Shown here one piece after another: positions 1 through 8,070 of a DNA stretch of 11,611 bases. Numbering within the stretch: the stretch's first letter is position 1; each line of letters opens with the position of its first letter. The DNA is from Promethearchaeota archaeon. Lineage in GTDB: Archaea; Asgardarchaeota; Lokiarchaeia; Sigyniarchaeales; SOKP01. Position numbers and translations under genes: made by a program. The stretch spans positions 1 to 11,611 of the forward strand of contig JBHLLU010000093.1 in assembly GCA_048938895.1 (NCBI GenBank). The letters are read 5' to 3'. The notes under the pieces were generated by a model, which was given only the letters and a program-made list of their open reading frames with translations, did no database searches and was not told where the DNA came from.

Positions 1-1
1 T

Positions 2-487
2 TTGCATAAGAACACTCGAAGAATTATATCCCGCTTGATTCTCAACTATATTATTTTCACCAACATCCGATAAATCAACTTTTGATTCAATAAATGTCGA
101 TTCTGACTTCTTGTTCATCATCGCAGCGGCTCTGGCCAAAGCTGGATATGCCATATGAAACCAACCTTTTGCTTTTGGTTTAATATGAGCAATAAAAAGC
201 GTTTTCCCATCGGGAGTGGATGCTCCTACCAAGTGTCCCATTTTTTTACGATTTGTTGCAATAAATCGTTCAGGTTCCATTTGCAATATTGAATATCTTA
301 TACCATCAAGGGTTACAAATTGAGCATTTCCACTGGCCCAATTCGATAGTACTCCTTTTATATCTCTCTTCACATCCCATTTTCCACTGGAATGTAGCAC
401 TTTTCCCTGTCTATCTACTACCGCAACTTGGGATGCGTCAGGATAATGTTTTTGTAATTTATCTACAATGGATTTGATATTTACCAT
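2..487 (-). CDS. Asgard-type profilin-domain protein with C-terminal extension (partial, runs off the left edge)
   Basis: Not in the ORF track. Manual translation from ATG at 487 is open for 162 codons to the window edge: MVNIKSIVDKLQKHYPDASQVAVVDRQGKVLHSSGKWDVKRDIKGVLSNWASGNAQFVTLDGIRYSILQMEPERFIATNRKKMGHLVGASTPDGKTLFIAHIKPKAKGWFHMAYPALARAAAMM-NKKSESTFIESKVDLSDVGENNIVENQAGYNSSSVLMQ... The first ~124 aa follow the Lokiarchaeal profilin pattern as I recall it (AVVDxxGxV...W...; GIxYxI...ERxIxTNxxxxGH; C-terminal helix). Confidence 0.85.
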   Translation of the reverse strand, partial: MVNIKSIVDKLQKHYPDASQVAVVDRQGKVLHSSGKWDVKRDIKGVLSNWASGNAQFVTLDGIRYSILQMEPERFIATNRKKMGHLVGASTPDGKTLFIAHIKPKAKGWFHMAYPALARAAAMMNKKSESTFIESKVDLSDVGENNIVENQAGYNSSSVLMQ

Positions 488-511
488 AATATAGGCTCTA
501 CTTAATAATTA

Positions 512-1897
512 TTATATTTTATCAGAATGGTCTATTGCTAATTTTACCCATTTATTTAGCTCTACCAGAAGTTCTTTCTTTTCTTTGGGACTTAATCCTA
601 TATTGGGTTCTGATCGTTGATAAATATTTGCATACTTACTTAGATCCCATAAATAATTTTCATGCAGTACCTTCTTTTTGATATTATTTCGTGCTATATC
701 AAATACTTTTCCAATTGTTATTATATCATAATTTTGTTCAACTATTTTTTTCAAAGTCATCAGGATTTCTAAAACGTTATTATGGGGTATATAGGGGAGA
801 GGCTTTATTTCTACAAAAGGGCGTTTCATGGTTCTAATTTCAAATTCTTCTTGTCTTCTTTGAAACTCAGATATTTCAGGTTGTTTTAGCTTTCCTTCTT
901 CCTTGGATTGGTATAATTTAGTTTTTACTTTTGGTACCCTTCTCTCTAATTCTTCTTTTGTCTGTCTTTTATGATCCATGGACCAGTCTTTAAAGGAATT
1001 CATTCTACTTTCTGCTGAAATAAAAATAGACTCTTTAGGCATTTTTTTATCGGTTCTATCTTCTTCAAGGTTAAATGTAAATGGTCTAGATGATTTTAGT
1101 AGAGGAGCAGAATTTTCAATTATTGAAAAGAGAAACATTGGGTCATAATCAATCGTGGAATAAAGAACTTTTAATTTTATGATATTATCTTTAATCTTTT
1201 TTAATTCAGAATTTGTAAAATGTTCATATAAGTGTCTATCTGCTCCAAAAGTAATACCAAATAACCCCGCTGTAGGATTTAAGTATGATGCCTTAGGTTC
1301 ATATTCCATATCTCCAGAAATCAATATCTTATTATAAGAATCCCATTCTGTGCTTAATAGCATATGACCATTTCTGTTAAATTGAAAAGACTGGGGATCA
1401 CGAATAGTTTCCATAAATTCTAAGAAGATATCTTTATAGGGTATAAACAAATTTCTCATAAGTGTACCTTGGATGAACGTTATTTTGTTTTCTGACTTAA
1501 AAGACATATCAATTGGTACTTTGAATAGATTTTCGCTGACAATTACATCTCTATCGTTTTCTAAGGTAATATTTTTCAAAGTCGCTAGATGATCATATAC
1601 AAAGTCATTTAATATTAACCCTGTCAATTGCCTGTTATCTGTTATATATCTCCCAGATTGTAGTTCAAATTTGACGTAATAGTAACCCAATCCAAATATG
1701 TAATAAAGAGTTCCTCTTTCAGTTGAAACAGCAACCTCGATACCACCTAAGAAAATTACAAGATCTTGAGAAATCTTCGATATCTTGTGATTTGCATAGC
1801 TTCCAAGAGTAGGATATCCTAATAAATTCCCCCAACTAGGGATGACAAAAAACATATTATTTTCGAAAAGATTACGGGCAATGATTTGGGTCGACAT
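512..1897 (-). CDS. Hypothetical cytoplasmic protein (N-terminal globular domain, charged linker, C-terminal helical domain)
   Basis: 461-aa ORF with no TM segment or signal peptide. About 260 aa of aromatic/Gly-rich alpha/beta sequence (IPSWGNLLGYPTLG, YIFGLGYYYVKFELQSG), a K/E/R-rich linker and an ~85-aa amphipathic helical C-terminus. Its stop is 24 bp upstream of the profilin start, which suggests an operon. No family recognised. Confidence 0.85.
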   Translation of the reverse strand: MSTQIIARNLFENNMFFVIPSWGNLLGYPTLGSYANHKISKISQDLVIFLGGIEVAVSTERGTLYYIFGLGYYYVKFELQSGRYITDNRQLTGLILNDFVYDHLATLKNITLENDRDVIVSENLFKVPIDMSFKSENKITFIQGTLMRNLFIPYKDIFLEFMETIRDPQSFQFNRNGHMLLSTEWDSYNKILISGDMEYEPKASYLNPTAGLFGITFGADRHLYEHFTNSELKKIKDNIIKLKVLYSTIDYDPMFLFSIIENSAPLLKSSRPFTFNLEEDRTDKKMPKESIFISAESRMNSFKDWSMDHKRQTKEELERRVPKVKTKLYQSKEEGKLKQPEISEFQRRQEEFEIRTMKRPFVEIKPLPYIPHNNVLEILMTLKKIVEQNYDIITIGKVFDIARNNIKKKVLHENYLWDLSKYANIYQRSEPNIGLSPKEKKELLVELNKWVKLAIDHSDKI

Positions 1898-1904
1898 TAT
1901 TCTA

Positions 1905-1951
1905 AAATTTAATCTAATTTAACTATTAATGCTCAAATTAGATTTAAATTT
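1905..1951. repeat. Imperfect inverted repeat overlapping the promoter
   Basis: AATCTAATTT (1911-1920) and its reverse complement AAATTAGATT (1935-1944) with a 14-nt spacer; extends to 16 bp per arm with one bulge. TTAATCTAAT recurs at 1909-1918 and 1956-1965. Confidence 0.55.
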
Positions 1952-1956
1952 CTTGT
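1942..1956 (-). promoter_or_regulatory. Putative archaeal BRE/TATA promoter of the 461-aa gene/profilin unit
   Basis: Minus strand reads ACAAGAA-ATTTAAAT, about 45 bp upstream of the ATG at 1897. The AT-rich background limits specificity. Confidence 0.45.
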
Positions 1957-1981
1957 TAATCTAATCTTTTGATATTATTAT

Positions 1982-2006
1982 AAAAATAGAAAGAAAATTA
2001 AAAAAA
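1982..2006 (-). terminator. Putative archaeal oligo-T terminator of the 1529-aa gene
   Basis: Minus strand TTTTTTTAATTTTCTTTCTATTTTT begins 9 nt after the stop codon. Confidence 0.5.
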
Positions 2007-2015
2007 GTTTTATGT

Positions 2016-5000
2016 TTAAGATTTCTTTTTGATTTCTGTACCACAGGTAGGACAGAATTCTGCTTCTTCATAGATATATCCATCGCAATTTGAACACTTT
2101 GAAGTATAAATTCCAACATTTTCAGAAAAGATCATTTGATTACCACATGATCCACAGTATTTATTTGATAAATATATTGATTTACCACAATTGTTACACA
2201 CTTTTTTAGAATCTATAAAAGGTAGTTCGATTTCTTCAACTTCTTCTTTTTGACTTTTCCTTTCCATTATGCGATGTATAACGAGAGCAGAAAATCCAGC
2301 AATAATAAAGGGTACAATTACTACTAAAAGTGCCATTCCGGTTTCAGCAGTGAGTAAATTTGTAGTCGAAACAACTCCAATCAACACTGTTACTAAAAAT
2401 GCTATTGTTTTATAACCCATCTGAGTTATTAATCGGGAGGAATTTTGATCTTTTATATAAAGTAATAGATTATCTGAAGCTCCTTGTGTTCGCTGTTCTT
2501 GAACGTTCTTCACTGTTTTTCTTAATTGGAGGTAGGTTGTTATCATTACAAGTACTAATGATGTAAAAAATACACCGAATACAGAAATATATAATTTTGG
2601 GATTGAAATTGTCCCAAGATCATAAGTTTGTTCTATCAAATAATAACGGAACCAAGCTATTTCGTATCCTCTAAACAGAATCATCACAATATTGAGTAAC
2701 ATAAATCCAATTTGGAAAAATTCTAACATGATATTTCGCTTGAATATCTTTTCCAAATAGATATTTAGACTGATATCCCTACTAATAAGGATCATATATC
2801 CGAATATACTTAGAACTAGGCTCGCAGCAAGGAGTAATACTCCTCCTTGTGGATTATAATCAGCAAGTATATAACCCATAAAGAAAACGGATATGGTTAT
2901 AGCTAAGATTCCTAAATAAGCTATGGTAAAAGGTGATGCTCCTGCAGATTGTTTCAAAAGAATTCCTTTTTCATCAGATAGTTCTTTTTTTTTACCAAAT
3001 TGCAAACGTTTTTTCTTAGGTTCTTCTGCACCCTTTTCAATTTTCAATGACTTTTTAGCATATTCTCTGAGAAAAATTTGTTTATATATTACTTCATGGC
3101 TTTTACTTTTCAATTTAATATATCCAAAGGCAACTAGAAACCCTACTACTGCAGCTAATACTACTACAATGATAGATCCAGAGCCAGAAATTGCTAGGCT
3201 TGGAATCTCGGGGTAAAATGAAATTTGCTGAGTATCAAGCAAAATTGTCTGATCACCGAAAATATCATAAAGCAAGACTTCATACATCAGAATTCTAGTA
3301 TCTTCAGGGATGCCTTCTAACGTACCTGTGAATTCAGGACTATTTGGTATTAATTCCAAATAATACCACGTTGTTCCTCCATCAAAGGAGTAGTGGAAAG
3401 TGATGTTTTGTACATATTCTAAATCTGTGTTAATTGATATAATTATCTCGTAATTTTGGGACGAAGAATAGCTATCTGTTTCGTTGAAAAGACCCAAGCT
3501 TTCCCATTCAAAGCGAGGCATATCATAAGTGTAATATAAACTTCCTCGGTCTTCATCATAGACATTTCCTGCAAGGTCAATAGCTTTAATATAGTATTGA
3601 ATCATATTTGTGAGATTATCATGAGGAATTACCGCCAGAAACGTATCTCCTCCAACATTTTCCATCGGAATGATAATCCAATTTCCTAAATCTCTTTTAT
3701 AGTATACGAAGGCAGAAAAACCGACACCATCCGTTATATCTGCTGTTACTTCTACATCTAGTCGTGGTGTTGGAGTAAATGTCCAATTAATATTCGGTTC
3801 TGAAATTTGTGGTGCATTGTAGTCTGCAAAGAACCAACCTTGAGTGTTGATGAAATTACCCGCATCATCTCTAAGATGAAGATTATAGGAATAATTACCT
3901 TCTGAAATATATGACCCAAAATCATCAATTCCATCAAAACTAATTTCTGTATGACTCGCTGAAGAAAGAGTTTCCTTTTTAGTCCGAATTAAACTTCCTT
4001 CACGGCTAAAATATACTTCATAATCATTTCCATCAGATTTCTGAGTCACATAAAAGGTATCAAAAATACTTGATGTAAAAGTTGTTGCATTATTTGAATC
4101 TTTCACCATATATGGACCTGACCATGTTGCTCCTAAGTCAACTGAAACAATTTTTTTAACAGTATAATTAGTCCAACTTCCTGTGGTTTGTTGGTCATGT
4201 ATATATATCATTTTCATTTTAATGAATGGTGGATCTGGAGCTCTGGTAATTAATAATTTCGGCTCTCTAGTGAATGTCCCTACGGGATAAATTGTCCCCG
4301 TCCCTCTAGGATTTCTCCATACTCCAGTTGCAACGTCTAGAGTAGCAACTAAATAATTTGCGACACGAGTACTATTTAAATAGGGTAAAACTACATGTAA
4401 TAAATCATTTTCAGGATCATATGCCATGTCACCCGGTCTGTCGTATACATTCGTAAAGCCGGGTGGATGTACAAGCCATTCTTCAGAAATTTCCCAATTA
4501 AACCCTAAGTCAATCGATTTTAAAACAGTATATAGTGAGGGATAATTTCTATACAACAGAAATAGCGTTCCATTATTTGATAAAACCAATTTCTCAACTT
4601 TATCATTCGTTACTAAATTTGTCATTACTATTGGAGGTTCAAAAAATTCTCCCCCAACAAAACTCCTATATAGGAGATCCTCATTTGTATCCACGTTTCT
4701 CAAATAGATTAAAACCATAGGTCCCCATGCAACACCTTCGTATCTAAAATCTGAACTGTCACTTACAATTCTTGTAATTTCGATTGGATTTGACCAAGTA
4801 ATCCCATTATCATGAGACTTTATTAAATAAACAATTTTTGTACCTAATTCAATTGTGTGATAGAGAATATAGAGTTCGCCTGTATTGGATCTAAAAATCT
4901 TAGGATCTCGTTCATGTAAGTTATTGTTAGTAACTTTTTGCCAGTCGCTTAGACTTGAACCTTGTTTAAAAATTTCTAAATAGGCGGTACATTCCTCTGA

Positions 5001-6605
5001 AGCAAGTAAATCCCACTCAATGTCTTTAAAAGTGATATCACTAGAAAGAGGATTGAAGTAGTGTTTCAATTGCGCATAATCTTCATAATACGGTATATCA
5101 TTATCAATGGTTATATATTTCGTGCTTGAAATTATATCTGTACCATTTTGAGCTCTAAATTCTACCTTTACTGTTGAAATGGTAATAGGATCTATATCAT
5201 TTATTCGACCATTCCAAAATCTCTGCACTGGTTCATCTTTGATAAAGAAACCATTAGATTCCCAAAAGATAGGATTAGTAAGGACATAATATTGATATAC
5301 TTCTGTAAATCCAGTATATGATGCTTCATAGAACAATTGGAATTGATTTCCATCATACATGAAATTTAGAGGAGCATAAGAATGAAACATATTTTCTAAG
5401 ACATCATGATGGCCAAGTGATGTGTTATCCCATGGATTTCCAAAACCCATACAAGTAACATTTAAAACTTCATATGCATCATAAGGATAACTCATACCAA
5501 TTGGATGAATTTGTATCATCCGGAAAAAGGATTTTTCCCAATCATAAAGAAAATCAAAGTTACAATCTTTTCCACTATATGCAACATCAAATGGAACGTT
5601 TGAATATAAACTCTCGTTATCCCCTCCGTTAAACTCCACCCAATCAATATTGAAAGTAAATGTATCATTTGTATACAGCCACGTCAACCAATAATCACCT
5701 GATGTATGATCGACTTGTAATTTAATTTTTCTTATAGAAGTACCATGTGAAATTGATACGTTCTTTGGGACACTCCAAGTCATACCATTATCATGACTTT
5801 CAAAATAGACGATAGGCGTATAGCTAGGGTGGCTTGATTGAGAAATTACGTAAATAGTTTCGTTTTTTAAGATGCATAAGTCGATTTGAGGGATGTAACC
5901 TTTAAATGGATTAAAGAAAAAATTTGCACCAATCTCAGGAGCCTTTATAATTGTTTTTGGTGTATCCCATGTTGTCCCATTGTCAGTAGAGCTTACAAAA
6001 ATTAAATCTGAATAATTATACCAAGAGACAGATCCAATTAAACCGGTTTCAGGGTAAGCAGAGATAGCAGAGCCTCCTAAATCATAGAATAATTCAAGAT
6101 AATCACTCCCTGAAGGGACAAATTCCGCCATTGTTTTTTCCTCCCAATTTTTTCCCTTGTCAATTGAAATTAATAATTTCATTTTGAATGTGCCAATTCT
6201 ATTGATTGTTAAACCCTCGAATTCGATATCTTTTTCTATGTAAGAAACATACCAGAGATTAGAACCACTTGGATTATCGAAAGCAACATTTCCTTCTAGA
6301 TCTATCGTACTTGTTAATTCACTCGGAAAGTTTTCTACTGTTATTGAAAAATTTCCATCTTTATTAGCCGTAAATGAGAAAAAAACATCATCATTTGAGC
6401 CAGGAGATGCCTCAGGAGAGATATAATATGTGGATGCTCCAAATTCTTGGACTAACATGAAAGGTTCATTTGATAAACTTAAATCTTCTACATATAAATA
6501 TTGATTTGTACTATCTTTTTTATTATTCAAAACTCCCAAACTTAGAATACTTGGAATTATCATTAAAAGTAATAGTAAAATTGAACCCATTGTGTTTTTT
6601 TTCAT
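2016..6605 (-). CDS. Large cell-surface multi-pass membrane protein: 2 BNR/Asp-box (sialidase-like) propellers, FlgD-type/Ig-like domains, ~7 TM, C-terminal double zinc ribbon
   Basis: N-terminal signal peptide/anchor MKKNTMGSILLLLLMIIPSILSLG. Asp boxes SIDKGKNW, STDNGTTW, SHDNGMTW, SHDNGITW, SIDLGFNW, SVDLGATW, SFDGGTTW. FlgD-Ig motif ISFDGIDDFGSYISEGNYSYNL. Ig-like ends DDAGN, AIDLAGN, YDIFGD. Many N-x-S/T sequons. Seven hydrophobic segments at ~2270-3180 and four CxxC motifs (CNNC, CGSC, CSNC, CPTC). Confidence 0.9.
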   Translation of the reverse strand: MKKNTMGSILLLLLMIIPSILSLGVLNNKKDSTNQYLYVEDLSLSNEPFMLVQEFGASTYYISPEASPGSNDDVFFSFTANKDGNFSITVENFPSELTSTIDLEGNVAFDNPSGSNLWYVSYIEKDIEFEGLTINRIGTFKMKLLISIDKGKNWEEKTMAEFVPSGSDYLELFYDLGGSAISAYPETGLIGSVSWYNYSDLIFVSSTDNGTTWDTPKTIIKAPEIGANFFFNPFKGYIPQIDLCILKNETIYVISQSSHPSYTPIVYFESHDNGMTWSVPKNVSISHGTSIRKIKLQVDHTSGDYWLTWLYTNDTFTFNIDWVEFNGGDNESLYSNVPFDVAYSGKDCNFDFLYDWEKSFFRMIQIHPIGMSYPYDAYEVLNVTCMGFGNPWDNTSLGHHDVLENMFHSYAPLNFMYDGNQFQLFYEASYTGFTEVYQYYVLTNPIFWESNGFFIKDEPVQRFWNGRINDIDPITISTVKVEFRAQNGTDIISSTKYITIDNDIPYYEDYAQLKHYFNPLSSDITFKDIEWDLLASEECTAYLEIFKQGSSLSDWQKVTNNNLHERDPKIFRSNTGELYILYHTIELGTKIVYLIKSHDNGITWSNPIEITRIVSDSSDFRYEGVAWGPMVLIYLRNVDTNEDLLYRSFVGGEFFEPPIVMTNLVTNDKVEKLVLSNNGTLFLLYRNYPSLYTVLKSIDLGFNWEISEEWLVHPPGFTNVYDRPGDMAYDPENDLLHVVLPYLNSTRVANYLVATLDVATGVWRNPRGTGTIYPVGTFTREPKLLITRAPDPPFIKMKMIYIHDQQTTGSWTNYTVKKIVSVDLGATWSGPYMVKDSNNATTFTSSIFDTFYVTQKSDGNDYEVYFSREGSLIRTKKETLSSASHTEISFDGIDDFGSYISEGNYSYNLHLRDDAGNFINTQGWFFADYNAPQISEPNINWTFTPTPRLDVEVTADITDGVGFSAFVYYKRDLGNWIIIPMENVGGDTFLAVIPHDNLTNMIQYYIKAIDLAGNVYDEDRGSLYYTYDMPRFEWESLGLFNETDSYSSSQNYEIIISINTDLEYVQNITFHYSFDGGTTWYYLELIPNSPEFTGTLEGIPEDTRILMYEVLLYDIFGDQTILLDTQQISFYPEIPSLAISGSGSIIVVVLAAVVGFLVAFGYIKLKSKSHEVIYKQIFLREYAKKSLKIEKGAEEPKKKRLQFGKKKELSDEKGILLKQSAGASPFTIAYLGILAITISVFFMGYILADYNPQGGVLLLAASLVLSIFGYMILISRDISLNIYLEKIFKRNIMLEFFQIGFMLLNIVMILFRGYEIAWFRYYLIEQTYDLGTISIPKLYISVFGVFFTSLVLVMITTYLQLRKTVKNVQEQRTQGASDNLLLYIKDQNSSRLITQMGYKTIAFLVTVLIGVVSTTNLLTAETGMALLVVIVPFIIAGFSALVIHRIMERKSQKEEVEEIELPFIDSKKVCNNCGKSIYLSNKYCGSCGNQMIFSENVGIYTSKCSNCDGYIYEEAEFCPTCGTEIKKKS

Positions 6606-6724
6606 TTTCTTATACCTTTTCTGGTAAATTGTAAATTAAATGTTGAAATATTAATAATAAAATTTGTTTATATGGATTTCTATCTCACTAAAACTGGACA
6701 GAATGTTATATTATATTGAATAAT

Positions 6725-6744
6725 GAGAAAAGATAAAAAGAAAA
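6725..6744 (-). terminator. Putative oligo-T terminator after chemoreceptor 1
   Basis: Minus strand TTTTCTTTTTATCTTTTCTC directly after the stop at 6746. Confidence 0.45.
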
Positions 6745-6745
6745 T

Positions 6746-7858
6746 TTAGAAATTTTTACTTTGTACTAGTGCTGCTTTCAGAGATTCTGCTAATTTATCA
6801 AGCTTATTTGCTGTTGCTGCTATTTCTTCCATTGAAGCTGTTTGTTCCTCAGCACTGGCATTAATTCCTTCCATTGATTGGGATACAGTTCTTATTTTGT
6901 AAATAATATCATTAATATTTGTATCTGTGCTTGATATTGCATTCTTTGAGTTTTCTGCTAATTTTCTTACTTCACTAGCTACAATGGCAAATCCTCGGCC
7001 ATGAGCTCCAGCTCTACCTGCTTCTATACTTGCATTCAAAGCGAGTAAATTAGTTTGGTCAGAAATCGAGGTAATAATGTTCATAATATTCTGTATTTTA
7101 TTTGATAAATTCATTACCTCTTCTGTTGTCGAAGCAGCTTCTTGAGTAGAAGATGATATCTGCTCTGAAGCTGCATTTACTTCGCTTGCACTAGCAGATA
7201 ATTCAGTTGCTATATTTGATACATTTATACTCATTTGAGTTGCACTTTCAATGATAGAGGTTAAAGAATTATTCATTTGATGAATTCTATGTTCAATAAT
7301 AGCAACCAATCCCATTACAAGATAAATAGTATCCATATATACCATAGCAAAATGACTGAATTCGGTTTGGCTTGTTCCAGAAGTTCCAATCATTGCACTG
7401 AGTAAGCTTAAAATTGCACCTACAAATTGTAAACAATAAAATGCATGAAAAAGAGATCTTTTCTTAATGTATAACCGAATAACTAATACAAAGCAAACCA
7501 GTATAAGACCCATCATCATATAATAGAAACCAAAAGTCACTCCCCCCATAAGAGCAGCAGTGTATTTAACTTTTATATTTTTCACGTTCTTTATTTTTAT
7601 GAATGTTTGATAATATTCTCGAATTACTGCGTAAAATAATATGAATGTACCTGAGGAGAAAAAAATCATTGCAACCGGATTCACTTGGTTTGCTTCTTCC
7701 ATCGGAATCGCATTTATAATATAACCAATGGTTGTTATAAGACATGACATGAACCAAAGTTTTATATCTCTTCTTTTTGTATAAGCTACGAAGAATATAC
7801 CAGAAGCGAAACACATAATTGTGGCATGTAATATATTTATCAAACTGAGAACAGGCAT
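6746..7858 (-). CDS. Methyl-accepting chemotaxis protein (multi-TM sensor, short MCPsignal hairpin)
   Basis: MCP signature [38 protein letters not shown]. Methylation-type motifs ASEQISSS and [10 protein letters not shown]. The N-terminal ~188 aa hold 6-7 TM segments. Confidence 0.93.
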   Translation of the reverse strand: MPVLSLINILHATIMCFASGIFFVAYTKRRDIKLWFMSCLITTIGYIINAIPMEEANQVNPVAMIFFSSGTFILFYAVIREYYQTFIKIKNVKNIKVKYTAALMGGVTFGFYYMMMGLILVCFVLVIRLYIKKRSLFHAFYCLQFVGAILSLLSAMIGTSGTSQTEFSHFAMVYMDTIYLVMGLVAIIEHRIHQMNNSLTSIIESATQMSINVSNIATELSASASEVNAASEQISSSTQEAASTTEEVMNLSNKIQNIMNIITSISDQTNLLALNASIEAGRAGAHGRGFAIVASEVRKLAENSKNAISSTDTNINDIIYKIRTVSQSMEGINASAEEQTASMEEIAATANKLDKLAESLKAALVQSKNF

Positions 7859-7952
7859 TTTCTTATCCTTTAGTGGTTTTATTTACAAATATGCAAATCT
7901 TTATTTTATTGTGTAAAATAAAAAATTATTGATAAAAGAATCTAAGATTTGA

Positions 7953-7970
7953 TATATAAACCTTTCTTTT
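7953..7970 (-). promoter_or_regulatory. Putative BRE/TATA promoter of chemoreceptor 1
   Basis: Minus strand AAAAGAAAGG-TTTATATA, a good archaeal consensus, ~95 bp upstream of the ATG. Confidence 0.6.
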
Positions 7971-8004
7971 TACAAATTTCCATAAAATTAATCGAGGAAT
8001 TAGA

Positions 8005-8031
8005 TCTAGAGGATCAAAGCGATCCTCTAGA
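8005..8031. repeat. Perfect 11-bp intergenic inverted repeat
   Basis: TCTAGAGGATC-AAAGC-GATCCTCTAGA. Confidence 0.85.
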
Positions 8032-8070
8032 AAAATTTGGAAGAAGCTAAGGAAGTAATATTTCTAATTT

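Noticed and set aside
289-477. 62-aa plus-strand ORF
   Set aside because: Antisense shadow of the profilin-like gene; no recognisable features.
2923-3216. 97-aa plus-strand ORF
   Set aside because: Antisense to the 1529-aa gene.
4535-4720. 61-aa plus-strand ORF
   Set aside because: Short antisense ORF inside the 1529-aa gene.
3996-6330. Calling the large protein a true sialidase
   Set aside because: Asp boxes are structural and occur in many non-catalytic propellers; the catalytic residue set could not be identified by eye.
7566-7814. 82-aa minus-strand ORF
   Set aside because: Alternative frame nested within the TM region of chemoreceptor 1; no independent support.
8005-8031. GATCCTCTAGA matches part of the pUC polylinker (BamHI-XbaI junction)
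   Set aside because: Only 11 bp match, there is no complete BamHI site and the flanks differ from vector, so contamination is unlikely.
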